A stretch of DNA of 61,459 bases, the filler included, from Hausera hauseri (Eukaryota), in NCBI GenBank assembly GCA_046269625.1. It is 10 parts of 10 records of this genome, joined end to end, with 100 filler letters (N's around TTAATTAATTAA, not from the genome) between each part and the next. Parts side by side here need not be neighbours in the genome. Positions count along the whole stretch, not along the records: positions 1 to 4,527 come from JBJURY010540897.1; positions 4,628 to 12,535 come from JBJURY010883180.1; positions 12,636 to 16,659 come from JBJURY010811088.1; 7 more parts are not named here. One strand, written 5' to 3'. The translations under genes and the position numbers were made by a program. The notes under the pieces were generated by a model. The model saw only the letters and a program-made list of their open reading frames with translations. It searched no databases and was not told the DNA's origin. Below, one piece after another: positions 1 to 12,947 of the stretch; position 1 is the first letter of the stretch, and each line of letters opens with the position of its first letter.

Positions 1-197
1 ATCTCGTTTCGTTTTGTTTGTTGTAAAAAGTCGTGTTCGACGACTACGACGACGAGCTCATGGTTGAGTACTACTACTACAACTACTACTCACAAGTCAC
101 AAGGGGAATGATTGTGATGAAAAGTCACACATATTATATTGTTTCTCATGATTTGTTCGATAAAAGCAACAGCAATATAATAATGCACATATATATT

Positions 198-515
198 TCA
201 AAAAAGTGATTGTAATGTAAGCCACAATAAGCAGTAATGTCCACACAGTGTAGCCATTGGATGTTGATAACGAACTCGATTATATTCAACCCGGTATGAT
301 GATTGCCGTTTAATTCGAGAAACTAACGACGATGTATAGTAAGATCCGAGCGGATCGAATACTCTGACGACGTTGGTCGAATGATGGACGTATACAGCAA
401 TCCAGTGTTCGTCCGGCAACGATGAAGTGTGTGTATTGACAATAAAGCCATTACTTTGTCGTAAATCACACGGCACACTGTCCAGTGGAAACACGCCACG
501 AAATTTCACGCCCAA
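198..515 (-). CDS. Adenain-like cysteine protease of a Maverick/Polinton
   Basis: Catalytic pattern EHWIAV...FDPLG...RYQ...CGHYC; lies directly downstream of the capsid gene on the same strand. Confidence 0.85.
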   Translation of the reverse strand: MGVKFRGVFPLDSVPCDLRQSNGFIVNTHTSSLPDEHWIAVYVHHSTNVVRVFDPLGSYYTSSLVSRIKRQSSYRVEYNRVRYQHPMATLCGHYCLLWLTLQSLF

Positions 516-642
516 GAGCAGTTTTCTTTAGTGACTGAGATCGGTAGAGCTAAATGTAAATTAAGTATAATAGTAATAGTAGTAATAAATTAGTTTATAA
601 TACGACGACGAAGAAGAAAAGTTGAGACACAGCGGATTTTAT

Positions 643-1847
643 TTATATAATGACGGCTTTGTTTTTCGTTATTTCAACTTCGGCATCAAATACACCGTAA
701 GTGTACATTACAGTAGATTGCTCCAACGCTTTGGCAAAGTGAACCTCAAGTTGCAGGTTCTCCTGCTGAGGTAGTTGAGTCTGTTCAACGTCATAATCCG
801 GAGCCGGCACGAAGGTGAAGAATGGATAGGTGGACTTTAACAAATTTATCGATATGCCATTGTTGATGTTTTTGTTGAGCAAACCCATGTTACGCACAAT
901 AGTTTGCTTATATGTGCAAACAAAATTATTAGATTCAAAGTCTTGTTTGTATGTCTCAACGAAATCCGCATTCTTGCCAAAACTGATGAAATTCACATTG
1001 TTATGGGTAAACGTTTCCGAATCGACGGTATAACTGCCCGTTTGTTGAACAGTCGTTTGTTGAACACAAATTTCGACAATCGCATGTCGCCAAACAGTAC
1101 GTCCTTGTAAAACGTTGTCGAACCTTTCGGTATGGTGTATCTGTACGTTGTATCGGGTAACAGGCATTTTGCGTTTCCAAGCCCAATTGATGTCCCATGA
1201 GCACAGATACACGACGCACGTATAATCGTGCCTCGGTAATTTTCAGTATGGGTTTGAGATTTTCAACGGCGGTTTTCAAAGAAAAGACTGTCGCTACGTT
1301 TGAGCCAAATCATGGCTTTAACAGCGGGCAGTAGGTATTTCGGCTGATCGAAAAAGTCAAAGTACAGCGGTCCACACATTGTCAGTGCTTTTGATTCTGC
1401 CACCCATGCCTGACGGTTTGCGGCTGTGGCATCATATCCGATGGTTTTCGTCAAATGAGTCGTTTTCGTGTCAGCGCTGTAATTCAGAGCCGTTTCAATG
1501 AGTGCTTTGATACTGTATAGACTGGTGTTGCCTTCGATTTTGACGCTGTTCAGAGTCAGTGAAGCCTCCTGGAACAATGTGAGGAAAAAGTAATTGGCCG
1601 GTGTGACAGTGTCTGTTGCAGTGAGAACCGTTGACGAATCCTTTTTAACAATGACTTTTACATAGGGTAACATATCGTTCAAATCGAGGTATTCATTGTC
1701 CGATGCCATAATGATGAATTGAATGTCAGTGTTATCATCTGTTGAAACCGAATCAACGGGGTAGATTTCTCCAAATGCCGCATTGTCAATAAAAACTTGT
1801 GACGCCGCTTTGTCAAATATACACAATTCAGATTTTGCAGATGCCAT
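643..1847 (-). pseudogene. Maverick/Polinton major capsid protein, frameshifted
   Basis: N-terminus MASAKSELCIFD...IYP...EYLDLND; middle GPLYFDFFDQPKYLLP and ITEARLYVRR; C-terminus LQLEVHFAKAL; split over ORFs 1263-1847, 1001-1279 and 643-1212. Confidence 0.85.
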
Positions 1848-1849
1848 AT

Positions 1850-2214
1850 CAATCGGAAATCGTACGATGACGACGTTTGTTTATAGCTGATGAGCTCGAT
1901 GATGCTCTACGTTTTTGTTTTCTCATCAAGCCACTGCCAGCAAATTGTTTCTTGACTGATTCAACGACTCTCGGTGCAGCGCTTTTTATTTTGGACAAGG
2001 CGTGTTACTTCAATGATGGGAAAATCGATTTGTTTTCATATAGTACGTCCTGTGATGTTTTTGTTGACACAGCACCGATACCCTTTAACACTAGAAATGC
2101 TAAACGTGACAATGTACGCAACCATCCAGAGTTATACTGTTTACCAACGAAATACGGCAGTTCCCCACCCTTCTGGGGTTTACTGTAAATGGAAACGATT
2201 TCAGAATCAATCAT
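1850..2214 (-). pseudogene. Small Maverick core-like protein (QxGG/GW motif)
   Basis: YSKPQKGGELPYFVGKQYNSGWLRTLSRLAF followed by a frameshifted basic tail; typical position between penton and major capsid genes. Confidence 0.6.
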
Positions 2215-2460
2215 GTTGTTGTTGGATTCGCCGGAAATGAAGAGTTAGACTGGTTGTGGTACCGTACGCAAATTCAATAAGGTAGTCCGCGTCACATCTG
2301 ATATTCACTTCAACATTGTTATTAATTCCCTCAGTGCAACCTCCCATTGTCCAGGACAAAAATCCAAAGGATTGTTCCAATCTACAACATATTCACTGGC
2401 GGAATTGTTCGGACAAGTCGTCGGACAACTGTTGCTCGGCAACACCATGTAAATACTCAT
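2213..2460 (-). pseudogene. Penton/minor capsid gene 2, internally deleted
   Basis: N-terminus MSIYMVLPSNS...WEVAL joined directly to C-terminus NVEVNIRCDADYLIEF...TLHFRR; the homologous copy at 31035-31939 is much longer. Confidence 0.75.
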
Positions 2461-2509
2461 GATCTCGATGATGATAATGATGATGGTAGTGATGGTGACG
2501 CAGTTTGTT

Positions 2510-3010
2510 TATTGTCGACGTTGACGACGTCGAAAATGTAATGTCAAATGTGTCGTTGACTAGAATAGAAATTTAATGGGTTCCCAAAATTCATCAAACA
2601 TATACACGGAAATACTGTGCACAATATTGTGAGATGATGATAAGTACATAAGTCTGAACATAATAACGCGAACAGTTTCACCCGATGATGATGATTTGTA
2701 CGTGTCAGAATCCAGTTCGATAGAAGACAGCAGTTGTTTGCTTTCTCCACCAACGAGTACGGATTCGGTTAAGTCTGTAAAAATGTTGATTCGGGGAAAT
2801 GCTCCATAGAGTTTTGGTTTGTATTTGGCAACAATAGATCGTCCAACAATGTTTTGATAAAATTCGCGTTTTGAAAACCCGGATTCCAAGCAAAATATGT
2901 AACATTGTCATGGAGTGTAATCGAAATATGACCATCTGCGTTTATTTCATGTCTTTACGGCTAATGTAGCCGTTTTCTTGAAGTACTCACACAATTCCAG
3001 TTCCTCTTCC
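2510..3010 (-). pseudogene. Penton/minor capsid gene 1, C-terminal half
   Basis: NIFTDLTESVLVGG..KQLL...MYLS...HSISVYMFDEFWEPIKF; highly similar to 31991-32490. Confidence 0.75.
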
Positions 3011-3093
3011 ATTAATAAACCTTGTAATATAATATATGAGCGGAGGACTGATTTTGACTTAGTCCACTTTACTATAATATAGGATTCCTCATT

Positions 3094-3800
3094 AGTAGGA
3101 GGAAGTGAGCACTACACCGCACTTCTCTGATTGGTCAGTCGACCAATGTGCACCCTACCACACTTCTTGTATTGGTCAGTCAACCAGTTTCCCCACCTGG
3201 TTGGCTATTTCGAGCATTTCAAAACTTTTCTCATGACCCCCCCCCCCGCGGGCACAAGCCCTGGACATCGGACCGACTCAAGTCGGTAGAGCTCGACGAG
3301 CTGAACAAAAGTTTATAGCGGTGCGGCTTACAGAAATGTAAGGGAGAAGCGCTAGAAGAGAAAGAAACAAAACAGGAAATGCTCACGTGTAACGCGAAAC
3401 ATGTCGGTAGCACGGAGAAAATGTGTACAAAGGATAAATCGATATTGCCAAATCCAATGAACACGGTTGCAACTCAATCAGACCATGGGAACATGGGGAA
3501 AAATTTATGGGAAAATTTCAAACGGGGAAAATTTCCCTTTACACAAGTCAAACGGTGAGGGAAATGGGTTCACCACATAGCCCATCAGTAGTTGAGCATT
3601 TCATATTATAACCGCCTCACGAACAGACGAAAGAATAGGGGTGAAAATGGCAACCGAACAAACAACCGAACCGAAAAAACGCATTGTTAAAAGTCTATGT
3701 CACAATCATATAGTAGGGGAAAAAAGAGAGTTCTAGACCAGTGAAGGGGAGAGGGATCCACCCACCCACCAATTGACCAATCACAAGCGGCTTGCACGCT
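3094..3800. repeat. Probable Maverick terminal (TIR) region
   Basis: Begins AGTAGG, contains several GATTGG/CCAAT boxes, and is clearly homologous to 29611-30170 and 30172-30727. Confidence 0.6.
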
Positions 3801-4384
3801 GATTGGTCAATTCTACAACGGCGAGTTCAGTGGTGTGGTTGGTTTTTGCGTGTCGCAAAAGACAAAGCCGGGAAATGGAAAAGAACAAAACGAACTTTTT
3901 GCAGAAGCAAAACTTGAGCAGGGATGGATAGGAGAAAGTGTAGAGTAGAGTACGGGCGTTCTAATAATGTGGGTAACATGGGGTTTGCATGTTTGCGGGA
4001 AAAGTGGGAAAGTAGGTAAAGAGAGGAAAAGGCGGAGCCGATGAAAACTCAGGTGAATTTCAATGGATCCATTGATGATAGCGCGGGTAAATGAACGGTT
4101 TGTGATCAAATCGACAACGGCAAGTTCAGTTGTGCGGTCGGTTTTGCATGTCGCAGAAGACAAAGCCGGGATACGACGACGAGTTGACACGTTCAATGGT
4201 GAAGCGTAAAGTAAAACAAGCGTGCGTTACGCACCAGATATGCCTGCATGCAAAACGAAATAATGAGTTGTGACGTAAAGCGTGTACGTGTGTGTTGCAA
4301 ATGGATGTCGAAGTGATGGCAATAATAACGCATGTGTAACAAAATACTGTATTTCTCTCAAAATAAACACAAAGTACAATCATT

Positions 4385-4527
4385 GTTCATCCAAGTGTCT
4401 GTAACGTTAGCCTCAGTAAGCAATAATGTCCACACAATACGGTCAGTGGTTGTTGATAATGAAATCGATTGTATTCAACACGATATGACGATGGTGATTG
4501 TCTTTCAATTTGAGAAACTAACGATGA
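4385..4527 (-). pseudogene. 3' end of a second adenain-like protease copy
   Basis: Nucleotide similarity to about 200-335 (taatgtccacaca...tgttgataa...tattcaac...gagaaactaacga). Confidence 0.7.
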
Positions 4528-4627
4528 NNNNNNNNNNNNNNNNNNNNNNNNNNNNNNNNNNNNNNNNNNNNTTAATTAATTAANNNNNNNNNNNNNNNNN
4601 NNNNNNNNNNNNNNNNNNNNNNNNNNN
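4528..4627. other. Artificial contig linker
   Basis: 100-nt N/TTAATTAATTAA/N with stops in all six frames; identical linkers at 12536-12635, 16660-16759, 22203-22302, 26947-27046, 33569-33668, 41810-41909, 50113-50212 and 54211-54310. Confidence 0.97.
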
Positions 4628-4770
4628 ATAGCACTCTTCTTCCCTGTGCCCTCTATTGTGACATCTATTGCATTTTATGTTTATGCAATTTCGTCTTATG
4701 TGTCATTGCTGACCGCACCCATAGCATATTATGGGTTTTCTTTCCGGGCAATTCCTGTTAATGTCATTAT
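4628..4770 (-). pseudogene. gag: Gag nucleocapsid fragment with two CCHC zinc knuckles
   Basis: Manual translation IICYGCGQQ*HIRRNCINIKCNRCHNRGHREEECY. Confidence 0.75.
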
Positions 4771-7699
4771 TGTTGGTGGATGGGGATTTGTTTGTATTGT
4801 TTTTGTTTAATTTGACTTCTATATCTTAGGTATGACTCCTATATCCTGGGTATCTCATCCTTATAATGTAAACCCTCATTATTCCCCAACATATAAAACC
4901 TGAAGGCGTGTTCGTTCGGTGGCGGTCCGATTACTAAAGTAACCTGCGCCTGTCAATTTCAAGTAGTTCACTCTAATATTCAATCTTCTCTTTTGTATAT
5001 TTCATTTCAGTCATTATGCTCCTATTCTAAATATGTTCCACCTTAATTCTTGGAGAAAACCATAAACATATTCATTGAACTATAGACGTAGTGCAGTCAT
5101 ATAGTTTCAAGAAATATATAAAAAAATATAATTTTTCACGACACAACTTGATATATAAACACATCCTTGGTTAGAATCGGAAAATGCATCATACATCACT
5201 CCGAAATTATTGCATATTTGGTTTCCATTTTTAATTTATGTTCTTGAAATCTGTCAATATATAAAGGACACTGCGTAAGCTCTATCGATTCATGTCTAAT
5301 TCTAAATGTCACTGAATTTATCAGAAACGACCCGTATTATTCGATAAATATAATGCCTTATTGTGTTGATATTTGTTGGTGAGGGCACCTTTCCATATGT
5401 CACCTATAAATCGCCACAACAAGCATTATTCTTCAAGACATTCTGTCTTATATATATAGTAAGGCGAATATACGACAGTACTGTCCTTGGTACACACTCT
5501 CAAAACTCTGAGTCCCAATATTCACACAGCATAACACTATTGCTCGTTCAATGATCAGATCGAACGTAAACAAGTTTTCTGTCATAATGTAATTATCGAA
5601 GAAAGCATACCGCTTTAATTTTTTAATTAATGGGCTAAATAATAGATACTGAGTATTCTTGAAATTGATATCATTATCTAAAGAAATGAATATGAATCCG
5701 ATAGTCATAACATTAACTTGCAAATATTTCATTATTAATCAATTTGATAATTTAAAGATTCATACTTATAAACTTCCAACAGTATATTCACTATTAACCT
5801 ATTCTGGATCAGCTTGGCTATTAGACGTATTTTATCAGTCATTATCTCTTTCTATCAACATTTTAATATAACACTTGTTTCTCTTTTCTCTAATTATTCA
5901 TGTACACAATTAATTTAAACTCAATCTTAACGATACCATTTACTTGGAGTCAAATACTCCTCATAGAACATTCCTTATTTCAATTCATTATCTCTTGCTC
6001 ATCGTATTCATCTAACAACTATTCAAAACTAATCTTACTACTATTATTATTCCGAGTATAAATTAATAGTCTACTAATCTCGCTTATGATGGTACAACAT
6101 AATATTAGAACGATCATCAATTATACAACGAATTTCACAACTCAATCATTTATACTGGATTACGACAATCTCACTCCTGTTCATATTTATTCTCAAAGAT
6201 AATCTCTGTCTGTAATTAAATTCAGTTAATTGCCTCAATCCCGATTGGAGGTCTTTACATACTTATCCTTGAATTATCATCATCAATTCCTGGTATCATT
6301 TATAGTTCCATAGGTTTATTGTTTCTTTCTCTGCCGTGATTTTATAATCAGAATCAACTGGACCCTTCTTCAGTTAATTGCCTCAATCTCGATTGGAGGT
6401 CTTTCACATCTGACATACCTTAACAAGCTTCCCATTTCTGATACAGTGTTTATTCATGATTTTGACGGTTTATAGTTTTCTCTTCTCGCCGTTATCACGC
6501 ACTCAGAGCTAAAAAGGTTAATGCTGGAATGAAGGCGAGCATCATTTGCTATCTTCCGTAACAAATTCAGCTCATATATATTTCAATTAAAATTTATTTA
6601 TAACACAAATATCGTAAATCAATAAAATTCATCGGCGGTACTTGTGGTTACAAACGACAATTGTATTTATATGTTATGAATTGAAATCTACATCTATATA
6701 CCTGTATTTCTTTCATGTGTCATCAAGGAATCATTCGTCGTATCGGACATCGTTTTTATGATTCAATTACGTAGTTGCTGACTGTTGATAATGGCTATAA
6801 TTTTTCAATTTTTGATCCCAATCGTCTTCTATTGACAATAATACCCTACGAGATAAGGTATCTGTATATCTATAGTCACCAATTGCCTAATATATACTAT
6901 TAAGGACAACAATAATTATACTGGTGACTAAAACGAACCTATAAAGGAGAGGTTCACGTTTAGTCTTCACGATAATTCTCAATAATATTTTGTAGTATAT
7001 CGGTTTTTGTTGTTTTTTTGTCTTTTTGTCTCCGTTTATATAGTGCTAGTGTTCATATCTATGTAGTCTGGATTTCTATTTTTAACTTCTTAATTCTAGA
7101 AAAATGTCTGTGAACCGACTACTTCACAATAATCAATTTTCACAATTGATTTCTATTATTGTGCTTTACCATTGTCATTTTTAACTTCTTCAACAATGCC
7201 AACCATTCAATTTTAGAAAAGCATTTTCTACTTAGTGCTTATTCAACTGTTGCAAATTTAAGTTAACTATTTCGAAACATTTTAAACTTTTCTTTTATGA
7301 TTTAACCGCCTGGGGATCACATAAACATAATATAAAACAGATTTCAAAAATACCCATCAAGGGGGTTCGACAAAGTATAAAGACAGTAAAAATAAAAGCA
7401 AGAAATATAAAATACACTTCTATTTCACTTGTTAAATATCAATATTAAATATCAAAATTCCATCAAAGTAATTTACAATGTCAGTCGAGATTTTTTAATG
7501 TCAAATTGTTTATATCAAATTTTTTCTCATTTGAATTGGATTGAGCTGGAATGTCTGAAATTATGAATTGGATTAAAAGGATCTGATCTGTACGGAATTG
7601 AATTGAGGGATCTCCATGTATAATACGAAATTGAATTAAGGGATCTCCATGTATAATCGAGAGATCATTAAGAAGAGATCTCATCATTATTTCCCGCAG

Positions 7700-8403
7700 C
7701 CAAAACATCTTGGTACTTGTTGGTGATTGCATGTCCGGCTTGTATGCCCGTCTTTCTGTCATGACCAACATTTTATCATTTTCTTTGCCTGCGTATTGTG
7801 CTGTTTGAAACCCCTTCTTTTCTGTCGTGGTTTGGCAAATTTGTGCACTACCACATACCGATAACTCCGTCGACCATCTTTAGTATATTCTCTGACTGTA
7901 TTTATATCTTCCGTCGTTTTTGCCACTTCGTGAACTTTCTGTATTTTCGCTTTGATTTGTTCTACGTTTTTTTCGTCACTGCGGTAGATTTCTTTTCTCA
8001 TCTCTCTCATCAGTTTCTCTGCTAGAGTTTCCGTTGTTATTTTGTGGCTGAGGATGCCCTTCACCAGCTGTTCGATTTTGTTGAAGTAGGCGGCCGGTTC
8101 GGCCCCATTCATTCTGTAGTCCAATGCTTCCCGCAGATCTCCGCACAGCGTTGTGGGTTTTGCAAAGGCTTTTCTCAACCGATTTTGGTAACCTTTCACC
8201 TTCTCGCTCACCAGCTGGTATTTTTCCAGTTCTTCGTCCGCCAACAGGCACAGGACCGCGGTTTCCCGATCCGACTCCGACATCTTTATGAAGTCGAAGT
8301 ATCTCTCGCATTTTCCAATAAAGGTTTCCACGTTGTCACCTTTCTGGAATTCTTTTGGCATCAATTTCTTCTCGAAAAAGTCTCTTGAAGCGTGGTTTGC
8401 CAT
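7700..8403 (-). pseudogene. gag: Ty3/Gypsy-like gag
   Basis: PKEFQKGDNVETFIGKCERYF helical capsid-like region; ends in a stop-interrupted knuckle CWS*QKDGHTSRTC; follows an LTR. Confidence 0.7.
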
Positions 8404-8452
8404 GTTAGTAGATCGCGTTTATATCATTCAGACCACAACGTCATTCGATGAT

Positions 8453-8657
8453 TGTAAGATTGAATTCTGCATAAGAAATTTATTATAAAAGTTTGTATAA
8501 CAATTAGCTCATTCACTCATTAAATGATTCTTCTTTTCAACCTGATTTTGAATTTCCTGAATTTATATTGGCTGTTTAATGATTTAACATTGAATTAAAT
8601 TTAAGACAAATTATCTTACAAAGAAACATTTCTCACTGTCATTCAAGGTTTCTTACA
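8453..8657 (-). mobile_element. 5' LTR (about 205 bp) of the gag at 8403
   Basis: TGTAAGA...TCTTACA 7-bp inverted termini, internal TATAAA and AATAAA, about 50 bp upstream of the gag ATG. Confidence 0.6.
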
Positions 8658-8674
8658 ACAAATAATCAATTAGA

Positions 8675-9180
8675 CATGAAAAACATAATGCCGATTAATA
8701 ATATGAAAAAACTTTTTTGCCAAAGTCAAATTAACGCAAATAAAGATATTAACTGTAACAGCATTTCTCAATGTTCAAATCTCCCCCGCCGCCCCCAACT
8801 ATGTTAGAAATTTTCAATTCGAACAAATTTTTCGTTGCTTTTCATTTAATATTCAATTTTGATTGTTTTCTTAATGTCCTGTAAAAATAAACATTATACA
8901 TGTAATATTCAACCTGTAGTATGTGATCATTCGTATGCATAAGAAAAATTTTTAAATGAAGGACTGGCAAAACTTTAAAAATAAACATTGAATCGAATAT
9001 TAAAGGACTTTAGTGTAAGAAAAGAAACGAAAATTTGTCAACGGTAAAAATTTCTAAACATAGTGGGGAAGATTTGAACAATGGCGAAGTGATGTCACAT
9101 TTAAAATCTCCAATTGCGTTATTTCGATTTCGTTGGGAAAGGGTTTTTTCATATTATTAATCAGCGTTATATTTTGCACG
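8675..9180. mobile_element. MITE-like element with long imperfect inverted arms
   Basis: About 8675-8880 aligns with the reverse complement of about 8960-9180 (gattaataatatgaaaaaac...taacgcaa...tgttcaaatct...actatgtt). Confidence 0.6.
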
Positions 9181-10628
9181 GCTCTGATAATTCTACCTGA
9201 CTATCATCTCAACATAAGTCATGATCTTCAGTGAGCTACATATTTTCCCATAATATGCCCAAATATATTTAAAAAATCATATTAATGAATTCGTGAATTC
9301 GCCAGTACTTGGCGAAGGTTCATTGCGGTCATAAAATGATTTAGCCAAATGGAATTATACTCATCTAAATGGCACCGTGTTAAGATATTTAATACATGCA
9401 TTAACAATGAAATATAATTCTTAAAAACATTCCTTTATTTCCAGCATTCAATTAAAAATTCTCCTATCCAGACCAAAAGAACTCCATTGCAAAGAATGTT
9501 CCAAACCGATTATGTATTACTGATCGAAACAAGGGCAATAATTTTGTTAAATATGAAAATTGCTCCAAATGCTGGATTTAGAGAATTGTTTAATTGTATT
9601 GTGAACGTGCATTAACTTCATCATCTACTTAGACGCTGAATATAATCCTTAAATGAGTTGAGGATTTAGTTGCAAAGTTGTGAAATATTGACTTAACAGT
9701 TAAACCTCCAACATTTTTAATCTGTTCAGGAACAATACAATACAAAATGGATGATGGATAAATTCTGTGAAGTTGCCAGCCACTTTTTGACTCTTCATCG
9801 TACTTATGTTATGTTATGTTATAACCGGAGCACAAATTTCTTTTGTACACAGTCCAAGTCGTAATAACTAGTAAACTTATTTAGTTTGACTTGACACGAA
9901 ACCGAAAATTATTAAAATTGTTCTACACACATATTTGGATAAAACTTCATTAATCCTCATTGATCCTAACTATAATAACTATAATTTTACGTGGAAAATG
10001 TAGCTACCAGTAACATATCCTTCAAAACATTTCTATGTAACAAACTGAGGCGATTTGTTTCAGTTTACTTGACTTTTATTCACGCCTTAACAACTGCACG
10101 TTTGATACAATACTCTAGCGAACGAAAAACAAGCTTAAGGAAACTGCAAAAGGCCATCCAAGTTTGTTGTACATTTGTGCTTTGTGGGATGGTCAAAAAA
10201 GTATTTGGATTTTTGTCATATAAAGTCATGTAATTGTTGCAGTATTTCGAACTTGTTCAAATTACCCCCATTACGTTGAGGGTTTTTCTTTCCTTTTCTC
10301 CAACTAATGTTTGATTCTATATATATAGATAGATAGATAGAAAATGCCGGTTATGACAGAAAATAACAAATCGTAAAAACCACATTTAGCATCTATTAAA
10401 CGAAACAACAATTAAATTCAAGCTAGTCTGAATTTTAATAACTGATGTCGTCTTAACATCTAATAATTAATAAACATCTATTGCGTTTACAAAATAAATC
10501 TTTACAAAAATAATACTCGATATATAATATTGACACAGAAATAATTTCTGACAACACATTCTATAAACATCAAATAAAAAGATTTGCACATGAAGGAATA
10601 ACACACAAAAGTCAATTGGAATACCTCT

Positions 10629-11985
10629 TCAATACTCTTTACTTCTGCACCAATATTCAAAAATGTAATTTAGATTGCTAAATGCCGGTCGATCTTCTGG
10701 ATGAATATCCCAACACACTAACATGCCTATATGCAATTCATTAGGATAAAAGACTTTTCCTCCGGCAGGTTTTAGCAATCGATATCCTTTACGGACTTTA
10801 TCTAATACTTGATTATTGGTTTTCCATCTTAAGGAGTATATCCATGTGACAATTTCATAAATCAACATACGAAATGACCAAACATGAGATTAGACACAGA
10901 TTCGCCCCTTCATTACTGCTTTGAGTACGATCCATTTTATTGGGAATTTTGTAATATATTATATAATGAATTTAATCATAATATCATATTCAGTCATATA
11001 TCATCAGTTATTGACCCCTGTTCGATATTTGATGGCAAGGATAAATTCCGATTTACCATAATTAGACTTGTCCATCAATTGTTGTCCATTGGTATGTCGT
11101 AAAAAATTCAACAAAGACCCATTTACCATCAACTCTGTTATCATGAAATCAGGCTGTTCACCTGATTCAGTCCAAACACCCAATAAGTGAGCAGTTCGCG
11201 GATGATTAAGTTTATCTATTGATTTAGCTCCTGCGTAAATCGACTTCTGTAAGACAATTGTTATCCTTAAAAACCATACTGAATCATGTTACCTATCTAC
11301 AGAATTCCGTTTCTGTTGTTTAACAGCAACTGCAACTGAATTATTCCAATTAGCCAAATACACTTCTCTAAAGCTTTCATAGACTAGATTTCGTTCTAAC
11401 CGAATAAATTCTCGGTTAACTTCAAAATCCTTAAATTTAATAGGCGGATTATATCATTATGGACACGGCTGAGATAATTTGCAACAAAGACCGTCTGCGT
11501 TATCTGCATTACGAATAATCAAATATAAATCGCATAAATATTAATTTTATAATACTGAATGAGGCTGCTAATATTGGCAAATAGTTTTCTCTTACTAATA
11601 TAATAGCCCATGTCATTATCCATTCTGTTTATTCGGTAGTGTTTTATAACATAATTACCATCAAATTCCATATCTCCCACCGATAACGCATAACTTCCAG
11701 ACTCTGGTCTAATTATATAAGTACTAACTGTATGGTCTAGTCCATACAATGTCTCATCAGCCTCTTTTTGTGAAATATTGTACCATCCTTCTAAACTTGA
11801 CTGAGACCCATAATCAATAACTACATAATTGCAGGGAATATATGCTTGTTTCCTCGATACAGTGTGCAACGCAAGCCACCATGGTTCGAACATATCTGAT
11901 AATATGTACATTAAATCACCTTTACTGAATTCTAAATCATCAGTATGCCGGGATTCATAGGAAAATAAGGCTCTCGCAAATTTTT
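10629..11985 (-). pseudogene. Src-family tyrosine kinase (SH3-SH2-kinase) pseudogene
   Basis: SH3 ARALFSYE...DLEFSKGD...WW...YIPCNYV; SH2 WYNISQKEA...GSYALSV...IKHYRI; ADGLCCKL linker; VAVK; CWDIHPEDRPAF; stops, frameshifts and probable short introns. Confidence 0.88.
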
Positions 11986-12116
11986 ATAAATGACATGGGT
12001 GACTTTGGAATTTAAATTTTTTCATATCTTAAACTACATGATAAATGGGAGTTCTGGCCCAAAACCCTGTACCCGACTTTAAATTAATACGTTAAACAAA
12101 AGTGAATGTCACTAAT

Positions 12117-12280
12117 TGATGAACCGGTACTTATTTATTGTACCCTATGGGGCGAATCCGTGAGTATATAGTATTCTGGATTGGGTGAATCGGAAATTAG
12201 TACTTATCCAGTACTGGGTGAATCCGTTATTATAAAGTTTCCCAGATTGGGCGAATCCAAAATTATTTTTATTATCCCGC
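12117..12280. repeat. Degenerate 33-bp periodic array of GGGYGAATC
   Basis: Motif starts at 12150, 12183, 12216 and 12249, with a degenerate copy at 12117. Confidence 0.7.
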
Positions 12281-12635
12281 AAATGTCACATGAGATATTA
12301 TGAACAATGTATTTAAAACAACAATAATTTTATTAGTTTTTTTAAAATGTCTTTGGCCGACGGCAATCATTTAGTTATTTGTGAATTATGCTATAAGAAA
12401 ATAATATAATGAACATTTTTACAACCATGTTTTTTTACTTTTAGAAGTTACTAAAATCATCAACACTAATATTATAATGTACCAAAAAATAAAAAAATAA
12501 TACTTTTTACTTTCAATTTACGAAACAAACTTAATNNNNNNNNNNNNNNNNNNNNNNNNNNNNNNNNNNNNNNNNNNNNTTAATTAATTAANNNNNNNNN
12601 NNNNNNNNNNNNNNNNNNNNNNNNNNNNNNNNNNN

Positions 12636-12915
12636 ATAAGATTCAGCTGTCTAAAGTCCATGCATATTCTGACATCGTTTTTGTCTTTCTTCCATATGCA
12701 TATCATTGGTGTATTCCATGCTGAGTTACATGGCTTAATAATGTCGTTTTCCCATATGTTTCGGATGGTATCGTCAATCTTTTTCTGTAGGTTTACTGAT
12801 TGCCTGTGATGTTTGATATTAATCGGCGCTTCTGTCATGTCTATTCGGAGTTTGATTAGAGGTGTCGGCCATGTATATCTCTGGGTATTTCTGTATAATG
12901 TTGAGTAGCTCTGTG
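12636..12915 (-). pseudogene. pol: Ty3/Gypsy reverse transcriptase N-terminal fragment
   Basis: IIKPCNSAWNTPMICIWKKDKNDVRICMDFRQLN. Confidence 0.85.
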
Positions 12916-12947
12916 TACTCACTCACCTAAAGTGCTTCCTTCGTTCT

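Noticed and set aside
198-1847. Intact, active adintovirus genome
   Set aside because: The capsid, penton, integrase and PolB genes are all disrupted and lie on separate contigs; no packaging ATPase was seen.
8658-8760. Longer LTR starting at TGTTACA (8760)
   Set aside because: That segment belongs to the inverted-repeat MITE arm; 8657 gives perfect 7-bp LTR termini.
12117-12280. CRISPR-like array
   Set aside because: The conserved motif is only about 9 bp and the spacers are related to each other.
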